From IMG/VR virus record IMGVR_UViG_3300020500_000003: DNA of 64,000 bases. One strand, given 5' to 3'. The number at the start of each line of letters is the position of its first letter. The stretch's first letter is position 1. The DNA is from an uncultured virus (IMG/VR IMGVR_UViG_3300020500_000003). Lineage: Duplodnaviria; Heunggongvirae; Uroviricota; Caudoviricetes. A program made the position numbers and the translations under genes. Below, in pieces: positions 1 to 9,445 of this stretch. The notes under the pieces were generated by a model. The model was not told the DNA's origin, made no database searches, and saw only the letters and a program-made list of their open reading frames with translations.

Positions 1-117
1 TTCAATAGCAAGATTTTTACAAGAAGTTAATACAGCTTGAATGTTTTTTTCAGCTTCATCTTTTGTCAAACCTGTAACTTCTTGTACAGCTTTTGTTAGT
101 TTTGCATTATTATTCAT
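1..117 (-). CDS. HU/IHF-like DNA-binding protein, N-terminal part (runs off window edge)
   Basis: Manual translation from ATG at 117: MNNNAKLTKAVQEVTGLTKDEAEKNIQAVLTSCKNLAIE, which resembles the two N-terminal helices of HU. Not in the ORF track. Confidence 0.65.
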   Translation of the reverse strand, partial: MNNNAKLTKAVQEVTGLTKDEAEKNIQAVLTSCKNLAIE

Positions 118-138
118 AATAAAGATTAGAGGTTTCCT

Positions 139-729
139 TTACTCCTCAAGGTTCTTATAATTAAAAAATTCTTTTTGTTTTTCAGGAGGGAAGTCATATT
201 CTATTCCTTCTCCTTTCAAGTCATTATGTGTCAAAAGTGTACCAAATGAATCATTTACTTTTTTGATAAATATGTCTCTCATACTTAAAGATTTAGTTAA
301 AACTTTTTTAGCTTCCGAATCTTTTGGAAAAAATTGTTCTAATTCATCTTTACAATACATTTTACTGTATTTACCTTCATTGAATTTATCATAAACATCA
401 CTATGACTTTCTGGAAATTTAATAACAACCATGTGTTTTCTACCTCTTTCAATATCATCATAAGCATAATCAGTAACATAATATTCCTGATGTTTAAGAT
501 AATTTAGAAAGTTTTGAAATTTTGCAGGTTGATACAACTTGTCTGATAAAATATAAATCAATCTTTGTTGTTCAAAATCAGTACCATCTAATAGACAGTC
601 ATGTATTCCAAATGCTAAATTAAAGACAGAATTTAATTTTACTACAAATGTTGGACCATGCAGTTTTAAACAAGGTAATAAATATTTATAAGTTTTATTT
701 ACATATATTTTTCCTAATTCTATTTGCAT
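139..729 (-). CDS. hypothetical phage protein
   Basis: 196 aa ORF packed tightly in the operon; no recognisable motif. Confidence 0.75.
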   Translation of the reverse strand: MQIELGKIYVNKTYKYLLPCLKLHGPTFVVKLNSVFNLAFGIHDCLLDGTDFEQQRLIYILSDKLYQPAKFQNFLNYLKHQEYYVTDYAYDDIERGRKHMVVIKFPESHSDVYDKFNEGKYSKMYCKDELEQFFPKDSEAKKVLTKSLSMRDIFIKKVNDSFGTLLTHNDLKGEGIEYDFPPEKQKEFFNYKNLEE

Positions 730-732
730 AAT

Positions 733-1971
733 TTATACATTTATAATACCATTCCAATCAACAATTAAATGTTCATTTTTTTCATCAGCTTCTATAATAT
801 CTTTATCCATTTCCCATCCTTTTTCTGTATGGTATATAAATAAATCAATTAATTGGTCAAAACCATCAATTTTAGACAATATAACATATTGTTCTGGAAT
901 ACTTGTTGAAAATGAAGTATCAACAACAGTATAAGATGGTCTTCCCTCTTTACCTATTTTCAATAATGTTTCTGACATTTGATAAATAAGTGGTTTTCCA
1001 GGATTTATAGTAGATTCTACTATGAATTTGAAAGGTTTTAGTACATCAAGATTATTTTGTAAAGCATAATAATCAATTAATGCAGCAGAATACCAAGCAC
1101 CTTGAATATCATATCTATAAGATTTGATACTACTCAAGAAATCAACAGTATTTCCAGACATTGTTTTTAAATCAATACCTTCAACACTAATAATTTTACC
1201 TTGTTCATCTCTAACTACAACAACTAAATCTAATAGAGCTTTACATTCTACACCTTTATAATTAAAATATATAGGCATTTGATAAATAAATGTTACATTC
1301 TCAAATTCTGATTGTGATTCTCTATCAAAATATTTAGCTGTTCTCCAATGTGTTTTCAAAGAAGAAGTTATATTCAATATTTTATTATGAGTAGTAGAAT
1401 CAATAATAGTTTTACCAAAAGATTTTGATAAATCTTGAAAATACTCTGTTCCTGGTTCACAAATAGCTTTTATTTTTGCTTCTGCTCCCCATCTTGATTG
1501 ATAGTTTACTTCTGCACAAGCATCAAGAATATATGCTTCCCAATCATGTAAATAACCAGCAAATTCAGGAAAAGATTTTTGTAATTCAGGAAATTCCAAA
1601 GTATCATTTTCAATACTAATATGGTCTCCATTATCTTTAACTTCAACAGCATCTTTTACAGGATAACTATTTATCAAATTATCATAATCCTCTTTTACTC
1701 TATTAAATACTGACAAGATTATTCCAGCAACAGCATCAGAAGGAGCTTTTTCTAATGAAGAAACATAGAATGCTTTTTCAAATTCTCCTTCTTCTCCTGT
1801 TAGTATGGTATCTACAGCTTTACCTAAAATAATATGAGGTTTATCACTAATGTTTTCATCATAAGTAAATAAATCTACTCCTTTTGCAATTTTTTTTAAT
1901 TTAGATTGCCCTAAACTTTCTGATACATAATAAGCATCAATTTCATTCTGTGGTGTTATTATTACTCCCAT
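733..1971 (-). CDS. PD-(D/E)XK exonuclease (RecE/ExoVIII, DUF3799-like)
   Basis: Motifs LGKAVD, CKALLDLV, IDLKT and YRYDIQGAWY are typical of RecE-like nucleases. Confidence 0.75.
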   Translation of the reverse strand: MGVIITPQNEIDAYYVSESLGQSKLKKIAKGVDLFTYDENISDKPHIILGKAVDTILTGEEGEFEKAFYVSSLEKAPSDAVAGIILSVFNRVKEDYDNLINSYPVKDAVEVKDNGDHISIENDTLEFPELQKSFPEFAGYLHDWEAYILDACAEVNYQSRWGAEAKIKAICEPGTEYFQDLSKSFGKTIIDSTTHNKILNITSSLKTHWRTAKYFDRESQSEFENVTFIYQMPIYFNYKGVECKALLDLVVVVRDEQGKIISVEGIDLKTMSGNTVDFLSSIKSYRYDIQGAWYSAALIDYYALQNNLDVLKPFKFIVESTINPGKPLIYQMSETLLKIGKEGRPSYTVVDTSFSTSIPEQYVILSKIDGFDQLIDLFIYHTEKGWEMDKDIIEADEKNEHLIVDWNGIINV

Positions 1972-2476
1972 TTTCGATGTAGTGTTTTAATATTATTTCA
2001 TTTTTAAAAACTTCAAATGTCATACTCACAATAGTTTTAAATTCAGAGTTCATATCAAATTTAAAATCTTTCAAAGTATCATACTTTAAAAAAGGACTTT
2101 TTGTCTGAAATATATCGAATTGTTGTAATGACATGTAAACCTTTTCATGTTCAGGAAGTCTTTTATGACCTCTTCCTACTTCTTCGTAGTGAACTAACAA
2201 TAAAGGTTTCTTAAAAACTTCATCTTCTTTTGGGAACATTGCTTGAATACAGCTATACATAGCAAACAACTCTTTACCTACATTCATGTTTTTTTGTTTA
2301 CCAGCTTTGATTTGCAAATTAAATGGAATATACATTAAATCTATCTTTGCATTATCATGTTTTTTGCTGACAAAACGAGAAGTTTCACAAAAATTAAAAC
2401 CTAAATCTCTAAATTTTATGGCATATAATCTTTCTGCATTACTTCCTTTTCTTTTATTTGTCTTTCCTATTCCCAT
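1943..2476 (-). CDS. putative Holliday junction resolvase (PD-(D/E)XK fold)
   Basis: N-terminal NKRKGSNAER, then DNAKIDL and NLQIKAG. Confidence 0.65.
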   Translation of the reverse strand: MGIGKTNKRKGSNAERLYAIKFRDLGFNFCETSRFVSKKHDNAKIDLMYIPFNLQIKAGKQKNMNVGKELFAMYSCIQAMFPKEDEVFKKPLLLVHYEEVGRGHKRLPEHEKVYMSLQQFDIFQTKSPFLKYDTLKDFKFDMNSEFKTIVSMTFEVFKNEIILKHYIENGSNNNTTE

Positions 2477-2522
2477 TAAGGTTTTTAATTTAATTAAACA
2501 ATTAAAAACTTTATGTTACAAA

Positions 2523-3599
2523 TTAGAAGGGTAAATCTTCAACTTGTGGCTCTTCTGTATCATCAATTAAATTGATTACAGTTCTTCTTCTTGTAGTTGG
2601 TTCATCTAAAGGTTCATTTCCTAAAACACTATTAACAAATGCTTCTGCTGGAGTTACTGGATATTCATTATAAGAATCAGTAAAACTATTCAGAAGAGTA
2701 GAAGGATTAATTAAATTCTCATTTATCAATCTTCTTGATTCTTCTATATTAATAGAATTAAGATAATCAGCACTAATAGGATTAATAGGGTCAATAGCAC
2801 CTCTTCTTCTCATTTGAGCTACAATACCTTCCATTTTAGGAATTTCTTCTTCCCATATAACCTCATCAGTTTTAATAGGAACAAATTTTCTTTGTCTATC
2901 CTCAATTTTACTACCTATTCCAGGATTAAAAGTTTTGAATTGTTCATTACTTTTAAACATAATATTACCTACATTATCTCTTAAATGATTTTGTAATTCA
3001 TCTACAGTATTGAATTTCAATTCAAACTCATTAGAATAAGTTAATTTTTCAATTTTAGAAGTTGTGGTAAATACTACTGGAATTTCAGCTTTGTAAGCAT
3101 CTAAAATATATTCTTTTTCTAATTTTTTATAGAAATTTGAATATACAGGATTAGTTAGTAATTCAGTAGAAATTAATAAAGTTAAATGTTTAGCATTTTC
3201 TTTAGGAATTGAAACATTTGAATACCTTGATTGATAATGTAAACTTAATCTATCAGGTTTAGTAGTCAATACCATAAGAAGTTCATCTTTTTCATTAACT
3301 ATATAACCTTTTGCTACATGAATTATTATCTTTTCTTCTCCTACACCTAAATTAAAAGGATATAAACCAACAGATTCATTTATCATTCCAAGAAAATCTC
3401 TTAAATTAAATTTTTTTGGTGAATTTTTATTTAATGCTGGTCTATTATAAATTATAAAGTCTCCTTCATAAATTCTTTGATGTCGAGAACCTTCTCTATG
3501 ACAATTAATTATAGGTATAAAATAAGAAGTAGCTGATGAACCAATTTTAAACTCATTACCAGAGAACTCACTACTATAAGTTTCAGTTAATTGTAACAT
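2523..3599 (-). CDS. hypothetical protein immediately downstream of the E1 gene
   Basis: 358 aa ORF with an acidic tail ending EDLPF; starts 3 nt from the E1 stop. Confidence 0.75.
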   Translation of the reverse strand: MLQLTETYSSEFSGNEFKIGSSATSYFIPIINCHREGSRHQRIYEGDFIIYNRPALNKNSPKKFNLRDFLGMINESVGLYPFNLGVGEEKIIIHVAKGYIVNEKDELLMVLTTKPDRLSLHYQSRYSNVSIPKENAKHLTLLISTELLTNPVYSNFYKKLEKEYILDAYKAEIPVVFTTTSKIEKLTYSNEFELKFNTVDELQNHLRDNVGNIMFKSNEQFKTFNPGIGSKIEDRQRKFVPIKTDEVIWEEEIPKMEGIVAQMRRRGAIDPINPISADYLNSINIEESRRLINENLINPSTLLNSFTDSYNEYPVTPAEAFVNSVLGNEPLDEPTTRRRTVINLIDDTEEPQVEDLPF

Positions 3600-3601
3600 A
3601 T

Positions 3602-4288
3602 TTAAAACTTATTAGTGGTTAAAGCTAAAGGAATAAAGAACTCGTGATAAAAGGGAACATCTCTCACAACTTCTCTTTCATATATGTTTGTCATGTGATT
3701 AGTGAAAAAAGCAGTCATTAAAGTAGCTATCATAGCTGCTGCATGTGAAGTTTGTTTCATTGTGCAAGGTGCATCTTCAACTTCTTCATCAGTAAATAAT
3801 GTTTTTTCATAATCTGCAATTCTGTCTGGAGTTACACAGAAAATTTGCAATTGTTCCATTTCTAATCTACCATCAATTAAAATAGGTGTTACTGCACAAT
3901 TTTCAATACTTCTTTTCCAGTTTTCAAACATATTTTTTCTTGCTAACATATTGTCAAAACCAGAAAACATAAAATAGTGAGTTGGAGAGTTTTCATCTAT
4001 TCTATTGTTAAATCCTGACATTGAATCATTAGCAAATTCCTTAATAATTTCAGATAAGGCAGAAACTTTATGTTTCCCTACATCTGAAAGTCTAAATAAT
4101 TGACCTCCTGTATTATGTTCTTCAATAATATCAAAGTCATATACAATTGGTTTAAATCCTGCTCTTGCAAGAAATAATGTGAGCCAAGAGGAAATTCCTC
4201 CTGCTCCACCTACCATTACAGTTTCATTTTCTTTTGGAAACCAAGGGGCATCTTTAAATCTATTATACTGTTGTGTCATTTTTCTCAA
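3602..4288 (-). CDS. ThiF/MoeB/E1-family ubiquitin-like activating enzyme
   Basis: Nucleotide-binding loop VGGAGGISSW, DFDIIEEHNTGGQLF, KHKVSAL, GFDNMLARK, IDGR, and a candidate catalytic Cys in DAPCTMK. The start may be M at 4279. Confidence 0.9.
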   Translation of the reverse strand: MRKMTQQYNRFKDAPWFPKENETVMVGGAGGISSWLTLFLARAGFKPIVYDFDIIEEHNTGGQLFRLSDVGKHKVSALSEIIKEFANDSMSGFNNRIDENSPTHYFMFSGFDNMLARKNMFENWKRSIENCAVTPILIDGRLEMEQLQIFCVTPDRIADYEKTLFTDEEVEDAPCTMKQTSHAAAMIATLMTAFFTNHMTNIYEREVVRDVPFYHEFFIPLALTTNKF

Positions 4289-5519
4289 ATTCTACAATCA
4301 TAGCTTTAATAGCTTCAATTGTTACATTAATAAATGGAAATTGCATAACTTCGTCTTCTAATAAATCAATTACAGTATATGTATCTTCAATAAATTCTTC
4401 ATCAGTAGAATCAGGAAAATGTTTGTCATACAAAAATGTGTAATTTTCAATAACAGAGGAAGCAATTTGATAAGCATGTACTTCTAAATCTTCTAATAAA
4501 ACTAAAGCATCTTCAAGATTTTCATCAGGTTCAATAGGAGTAGTAAATTTCATTAACTCTACCAAGAATGTATCAATTGGACTTAATTCATCAATTTCTG
4601 ATAAATCATCAAAAGTTCTAAAATCAATCATAGAAGCAATATCTTTTATTTTTTTACCTCTTTTTGATAATTTACTTTCATCTATTTTATAATGCTTGAT
4701 TTTGTTAGCTAATTTAGCATTTTCTAAATTATTTACTACTGGAATAGCAGTAGGAGTATTAGGAACAAATTTACCATTAATCCATTTACCATTACTAAAT
4801 GCTGTATTAACAGCAGGATATGTGTGAGGAGTAAATTGTTTAATAGGTTTAGGTTTCATAATTTCCTTAACTCTATTATCAAATCCCTCTTCCACAATTA
4901 CTTGTTCAAATGGAGAAATAATTTCACAATCATAGACAAACATTTTATCTTTTTTCAAAGTAATATTTGGTCTATCAATTATGTATTTAGTTCCATCTTC
5001 ATCATTTGCTAAATATGGAATTTCTTTAATTTCTTGTTCTAAACTTGCTACAAAAGCAACTTTAGCCATAAAATCCATATAATTATTAACAATTAATGAT
5101 AAATAAAAGTTGTGTGATGGAGAATTATCATTTAATTCAGCCATATCAGTACCAGAGAAAAACACAGCCATAGTATTATGACTATGAATATGACCTACAT
5201 ACCAATCCATTCTTTTTTCATCTTCCATTAGATAATCAAGGTATCTATCATCAAGCTCATATTCTGTATAAGCTGATGTTCCTTTATCTAATGGTAAAAT
5301 ATCTTCCAGTTTTATTTTGAATGTTAGTGGGTCTTTAATACTACCTTCAATAGAGTAGAATAAAGCACCAGACCATTCATCTTTGTTTATATTTTTACAA
5401 AGGTACTTGATTTTGTTCAGAATCTCTTCTGACATAATTACTGGAAGTTTCAATGTAGTTAATTCCGCTACCTCTAACACAGGCTTTGTAAATTTCGGAT
5501 TCGAGTTGTTTACAGACAT
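4263..5519 (-). CDS. JAB/MPN (JAMM) metalloprotease-domain protein with acidic C-terminal region
   Basis: DEWSG (catalytic Glu) followed by GHIHSHNTMAVFFSGTD, i.e. the JAMM motif E...HxH-x7-S-x2-D. Confidence 0.88.
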   Translation of the reverse strand: MSVNNSNPKFTKPVLEVAELTTLKLPVIMSEEILNKIKYLCKNINKDEWSGALFYSIEGSIKDPLTFKIKLEDILPLDKGTSAYTEYELDDRYLDYLMEDEKRMDWYVGHIHSHNTMAVFFSGTDMAELNDNSPSHNFYLSLIVNNYMDFMAKVAFVASLEQEIKEIPYLANDEDGTKYIIDRPNITLKKDKMFVYDCEIISPFEQVIVEEGFDNRVKEIMKPKPIKQFTPHTYPAVNTAFSNGKWINGKFVPNTPTAIPVVNNLENAKLANKIKHYKIDESKLSKRGKKIKDIASMIDFRTFDDLSEIDELSPIDTFLVELMKFTTPIEPDENLEDALVLLEDLEVHAYQIASSVIENYTFLYDKHFPDSTDEEFIEDTYTVIDLLEDEVMQFPFINVTIEAIKAMIVEFEKNDTTV

Positions 5520-6651
5520 AATCTAAAAAATTAGGATAAATTCCATATTCGGAAATATCAATTGTTGTTATTTGTTCAATAGGTAATATATTGAAAGATA
5601 ATTTCTTACCTTGAATATATAGGAAAGGCATTTCACCAGAACCTTGTTCTTTTATTCTATTTGTGATTAATTGTGGACCAGAAATCATTTGTCCTATTTC
5701 AGGATATGTGTAAAATTCACCATCACTTCCTTTTTTGCAAACAACTTTTACAATATAATCTTTAAGATTTTCATTAGATAAAAATGCTTCTCTTAAATAT
5801 TCTGTAAAAACAGAATCTTTTTTAATTTTATATATATTATCCATATATACAAAATTAAAAGGTAGTTTTTGTGAAACAGATAATTCATAATTTTGAAATT
5901 CTCTATAAATACCTATAATATCAGATGTTTGAGTAGTAACTCTTATAGCTGCATATTCTACTGTTATTTCTCCTATTCTAAAATGAGGACCTCCTTCTAA
6001 ACTTTCCCAAGCAACAAGAGAATCAATAGTATAAAGCATTAATTCAAATTTATCTGAATCAAATTCAGCAGATAATTCAATATCTAATTCTGATAAATCT
6101 TCTGAACCAATACAAAAGTTATTTGTAGTTAAACATTCACTAAAACCAGTAATTTTTGATATACCAGGTAGATGACTATGCATATATCCTCTATTCCATT
6201 CATCCTGTACTAATGTTAATCTTGTACCTTGTACTCTTTTAGTATAAATACAATTATTATCAACACTAAAAGTAACAGGTAATACAACTACTAAATCTAA
6301 TAGATTTCTTGATTGTTCACTACTATTTGTAATTTCTAATTTAGGATAATGAAAAATAAAACTTATTTCATAGTAATTTTTATCACTTATTCTTCTATTA
6401 TTTAGATGAATATCCCACTTATCTACAAACTTTCTTTCAAAAACAGTAATTAATTCAAAAAGTTGTTCTGTAAAAATAGCATAGTTTCTTTTATGCAGAA
6501 TTTCAGGTCTATCATTTGAACTAATATAGCATATTTTACCTTTATCAATCATCTTTTTTAACCAATTTCTATTTCTGGTTAATCCTGATATTCTTGCTGA
6601 ACTAATATAGTTTTGAAACTTATTAGATGATTTATTAATTTTTAAATCCAT
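5395..6651 (-). CDS. prokaryotic E2-like (Ubl-conjugating) protein
   Basis: YMHSHLPG...NNFCIGS matches the His...F-C-x-G pattern of prokaryotic E2 families; it lies between the Ubl and JAB/E1 genes. Confidence 0.65.
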   Translation of the reverse strand: MDLKINKSSNKFQNYISSARISGLTRNRNWLKKMIDKGKICYISSNDRPEILHKRNYAIFTEQLFELITVFERKFVDKWDIHLNNRRISDKNYYEISFIFHYPKLEITNSSEQSRNLLDLVVVLPVTFSVDNNCIYTKRVQGTRLTLVQDEWNRGYMHSHLPGISKITGFSECLTTNNFCIGSEDLSELDIELSAEFDSDKFELMLYTIDSLVAWESLEGGPHFRIGEITVEYAAIRVTTQTSDIIGIYREFQNYELSVSQKLPFNFVYMDNIYKIKKDSVFTEYLREAFLSNENLKDYIVKVVCKKGSDGEFYTYPEIGQMISGPQLITNRIKEQGSGEMPFLYIQGKKLSFNILPIEQITTIDISEYGIYPNFLDYVCKQLESEIYKACVRGSGINYIETSSNYVRRDSEQNQVPL

Positions 6652-6665
6652 TTTTTGAAGTAATT

Positions 6666-6698
6666 AAAAAAGCTCTTTACTTATGTAAAGAGCTTTTT
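6666..6698 (-). terminator. intrinsic terminator between the Ubl and E2 genes
   Basis: Perfect inverted repeat aaaaagctctttac-ttat-gtaaagagcttttt with A/T tails on both sides. Confidence 0.8.
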
Positions 6699-6716
6699 GT
6701 TATAGAAATGAAAAGA

Positions 6717-7589
6717 TTATCCAAACATTTTAGCTTCAGCAGCTAATCTGTCATCTTCTTCTTTTTCAAGTCTTTTTTGTTCTTCTTTTTCAGCTTTTTC
6801 AGTAGCAATTTTTTCTTGCTCTTCTTTTTCAGCTTTTTCTCTTGCAATTCTTCTACCTTCATCTTCAGGAGATTCATTATCTTTTGAAGCAGCAACAGAA
6901 GCTACTACATCTGCAACAGTTGTTACAGTAGCAGTATCATCATTTTCAACTTCTTCTTTTAAACCAGGTAAATAATCATCAAGAATTTCATTTGCTCTAT
7001 CAGAAACATCTTCATTTTCTGTATTATCACAAATTTCTTTTAATAAAGTTTCAACTTGTTCAACTCTATCAGCATTTGTAATAGTTCTTACAGGAGTAGA
7101 AGGAGTTTCTGTTACTGTAGTAGTTTCAGTAGCTACAGGAGCAACTTCTTCTTTAACATCTGCTTTTGCAGCACCAGAAGGAGCAACAAAAGTGTTTAAT
7201 AACTCTCTCAAGATTTCAGTACCTTTTGTAGTATAGTTTTTTTCTTGATTATAGTGAGCATCTGCTGCTTCTTTAAAAGAAGTAAAATCATCTTTGATAA
7301 CAGCTTTAATATCTTTATAAGATAAACCATCTCCTCTACCACCAGATTTAACTTGTTTAGGTCTCATAAAAACAGTAAAATCACCTGCTGGTAATACTGC
7401 TGCATCATTAACAAGGTCTGTTTTGTTAATGTTTTCTGTAGCATGTAATTTGTCAAGGTCATAACCTTCACTTTTAATCAGAGATTTTAATTCACCCCAA
7501 GTTGAAACTTCTGTTTCCAATTTTGCTTTTTTTGCTCCTTTTGTAGCATAAAGTGTAATAACTCTTGCTGTACTTGTTTGTGTACTCAT
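6717..7589 (-). CDS. ubiquitin-like (beta-grasp) domain precursor: Ubl aa 1-84 ending GG, fused to an acidic/coiled-coil extension
   Basis: RVITLYAT-KAKLETEVSTWGELKSLI...AVLPAGDFTVFMRPKQVKSGG shows a strand-strand-helix-strand pattern with di-Gly at aa 83-84 (7338-7343); it is adjacent to E2, JAB and E1. Confidence 0.65.
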   Translation of the reverse strand: MSTQTSTARVITLYATKGAKKAKLETEVSTWGELKSLIKSEGYDLDKLHATENINKTDLVNDAAVLPAGDFTVFMRPKQVKSGGRGDGLSYKDIKAVIKDDFTSFKEAADAHYNQEKNYTTKGTEILRELLNTFVAPSGAAKADVKEEVAPVATETTTVTETPSTPVRTITNADRVEQVETLLKEICDNTENEDVSDRANEILDDYLPGLKEEVENDDTATVTTVADVVASVAASKDNESPEDEGRRIAREKAEKEEQEKIATEKAEKEEQKRLEKEEDDRLAAEAKMFG

Positions 7590-7609
7590 TTTTTTAATTT
7601 TTTAAAAAT

Positions 7610-8359
7610 TTACCAATTGATTTTGTTTAGAGATTTTTTCTCTAATATTGTATTAACATAACTGAAATGATTACAACCAAAAAAACCAGCATTTGAAGAA
7701 TATGCTTCTGCTGCTGGATGTGCTGCTCTTAAAATATAGTTCATATATGGACTATTAGGAACATCTTTTATAGTTTCTTTACTATAATTTTTTACATCAA
7801 AGAGTGTTTTTTTTGGCATATTTGAAATAAACATTTGTGCTTTCTTTCCCCACAATAACCATATACATGGATTAGTGGAAGCAATATACCAAATAACTTT
7901 CTTTGTAAAATCTTCCCAATATTTAAGATGACTTCCAGGTTTTCCTGATTCAACTGTCAAAGCTGTATTTAGTAAAAATACACCTTGTTGTTCCCAATGT
8001 TCTAAAGTTTTCCATTCAGTATTATATTCATTTAAAGTATGAGATAATGTTTGATTTAACAATTTTTCATTTTCTAACTCTTTATAAATATTTTTTAAAC
8101 TTACAGGAACTTTTACATCAGAATTTACAGCAAATGCTAATCCATTTGCATTTCCTTTTGTAGGATATGGGTCTTGACCCAAGATAACAACTTTGATTTC
8201 TGAAACAGGTTTTTGAAACACTCTAAAAATATTCTGTTTTTCTGGGTAATATATAGAAGTAGGTAATACTTCTTGATTTAATCTTAACATTTCTTCTTGA
8301 TTTAACAACCCTGTTAATAAGGGAAGCCAAGAAAAATGAATTTTGTCTGTGGGTTTCAT
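7610..8359 (-). CDS. ung: uracil-DNA glycosylase (family 1)
   Basis: VILGQDPYP, GLAF, LLNTALTV, WLLWGKKA, HPAAE. Confidence 0.95.
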   Translation of the reverse strand: MKPTDKIHFSWLPLLTGLLNQEEMLRLNQEVLPTSIYYPEKQNIFRVFQKPVSEIKVVILGQDPYPTKGNANGLAFAVNSDVKVPVSLKNIYKELENEKLLNQTLSHTLNEYNTEWKTLEHWEQQGVFLLNTALTVESGKPGSHLKYWEDFTKKVIWYIASTNPCIWLLWGKKAQMFISNMPKKTLFDVKNYSKETIKDVPNSPYMNYILRAAHPAAEAYSSNAGFFGCNHFSYVNTILEKKSLNKINW

Positions 8360-9390
8360 GTGAATTTGATTAAAAACTCTTCTAAAGATTCTTTTCCTTT
8401 TCTGTGTAATAAATCAGAAGGGTCTGATATACCAATAACATTTAGTTTTTCTGGTAGCCACAAAGAATTACATTTATTAGGAAAATAAGAATTGATTAAA
8501 TTACTGATTTTTTGAGAACTCTCAATCCCTTGAGTATCATTATCAAACCATACAATAACTTTATTAAATCTTTTAATTATAGGAATTAAAATTGTAGAAT
8601 CTGGTATCATACCTTCATTCTGAAACCATATTGCATATTTACCATTATTTATAAGAACTCTCCAGTCCTTATATGATTTAGTAATAATTAATTGATTTCC
8701 AAAAGGAGGTAATTTATTTAAACCACCAATATCATCTTTTGTACAAGTAGAAACAAATCTACCTTTACCTTCTCTATAAGGAAAATAAAGTTTTTTTCTA
8801 CCATTATTAAAATCTGTATATCCATAGCAAATATCATAACATCTACTACTGAAATCTCCTTTTTTTGAATTTGATATATGATATTTGTTAATCGCAAAAA
8901 CTTTATCTTCTATCAAATTCTCTTTAGTTATTCCATATCTATTTTCCCAAAATACACCATCTTTTTTTAAAAATGGTCTTGAATCAAAATTAATTATTAC
9001 TTCTTTTCTTTGTATGATATGTTGGATTCTTTTTTCTGCAATTACATTCTTATTCTTTATTAGTCTGTTATACACATATTCAAGTGTAAGGTAGAAATTA
9101 GAAATTTTAAAGTATTGCTGTACAGCATCAAAACAATCCATAGGTTTATTAACTCTGCTATTAGCATAATCAATAAATCTTAATTTTCCAGTATGAGATG
9201 TAGTTCTTTCAAACCAACAACCTGGATTTCTATCATTTCTAAAAGGAGAAGTAACATAACTATATTCTTCTGGTTGAAAACCAAAAACTAATTCAAAAAT
9301 CTCTTCTTCTGTAACATATTCAAGAATAACATTTTGATTAATAAAACCTCTTCTATCAGTATTGTCAGATGTAAAAACATTCTTATTCAT
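8356..9390 (-). CDS. DNA primase (TOPRIM, crAss-type)
   Basis: SPFRNDRNP, IITKSYKD, VWFDNDTQG, DPSD. Confidence 0.85.
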   Translation of the reverse strand: MNKNVFTSDNTDRRGFINQNVILEYVTEEEIFELVFGFQPEEYSYVTSPFRNDRNPGCWFERTTSHTGKLRFIDYANSRVNKPMDCFDAVQQYFKISNFYLTLEYVYNRLIKNKNVIAEKRIQHIIQRKEVIINFDSRPFLKKDGVFWENRYGITKENLIEDKVFAINKYHISNSKKGDFSSRCYDICYGYTDFNNGRKKLYFPYREGKGRFVSTCTKDDIGGLNKLPPFGNQLIITKSYKDWRVLINNGKYAIWFQNEGMIPDSTILIPIIKRFNKVIVWFDNDTQGIESSQKISNLINSYFPNKCNSLWLPEKLNVIGISDPSDLLHRKGKESLEEFLIKFT

Positions 9391-9409
9391 ATAATATTTT
9401 TAAAGATGG

Positions 9410-9417
9410 CAAATATA
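9410..9417 (-). promoter_or_regulatory. Bacteroidota sigma70 -7 element (TATATTTG) upstream of primase/ung/Ubl
   Basis: Reverse complement TATATTTG matches TAnnTTTG, about 20 nt before the primase ATG. Confidence 0.6.
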
Positions 9418-9445
9418 ATAAAAGAGGTTTATTGTTTAATGATTT

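Noticed and set aside
3602..4288. ThiF as a thiamine/molybdopterin auxiliary metabolic gene
   Set aside because: No ThiS/ThiG/MoaD/MoaE partners and no CxxC pairs; the neighbours are JAB and E2-like genes.
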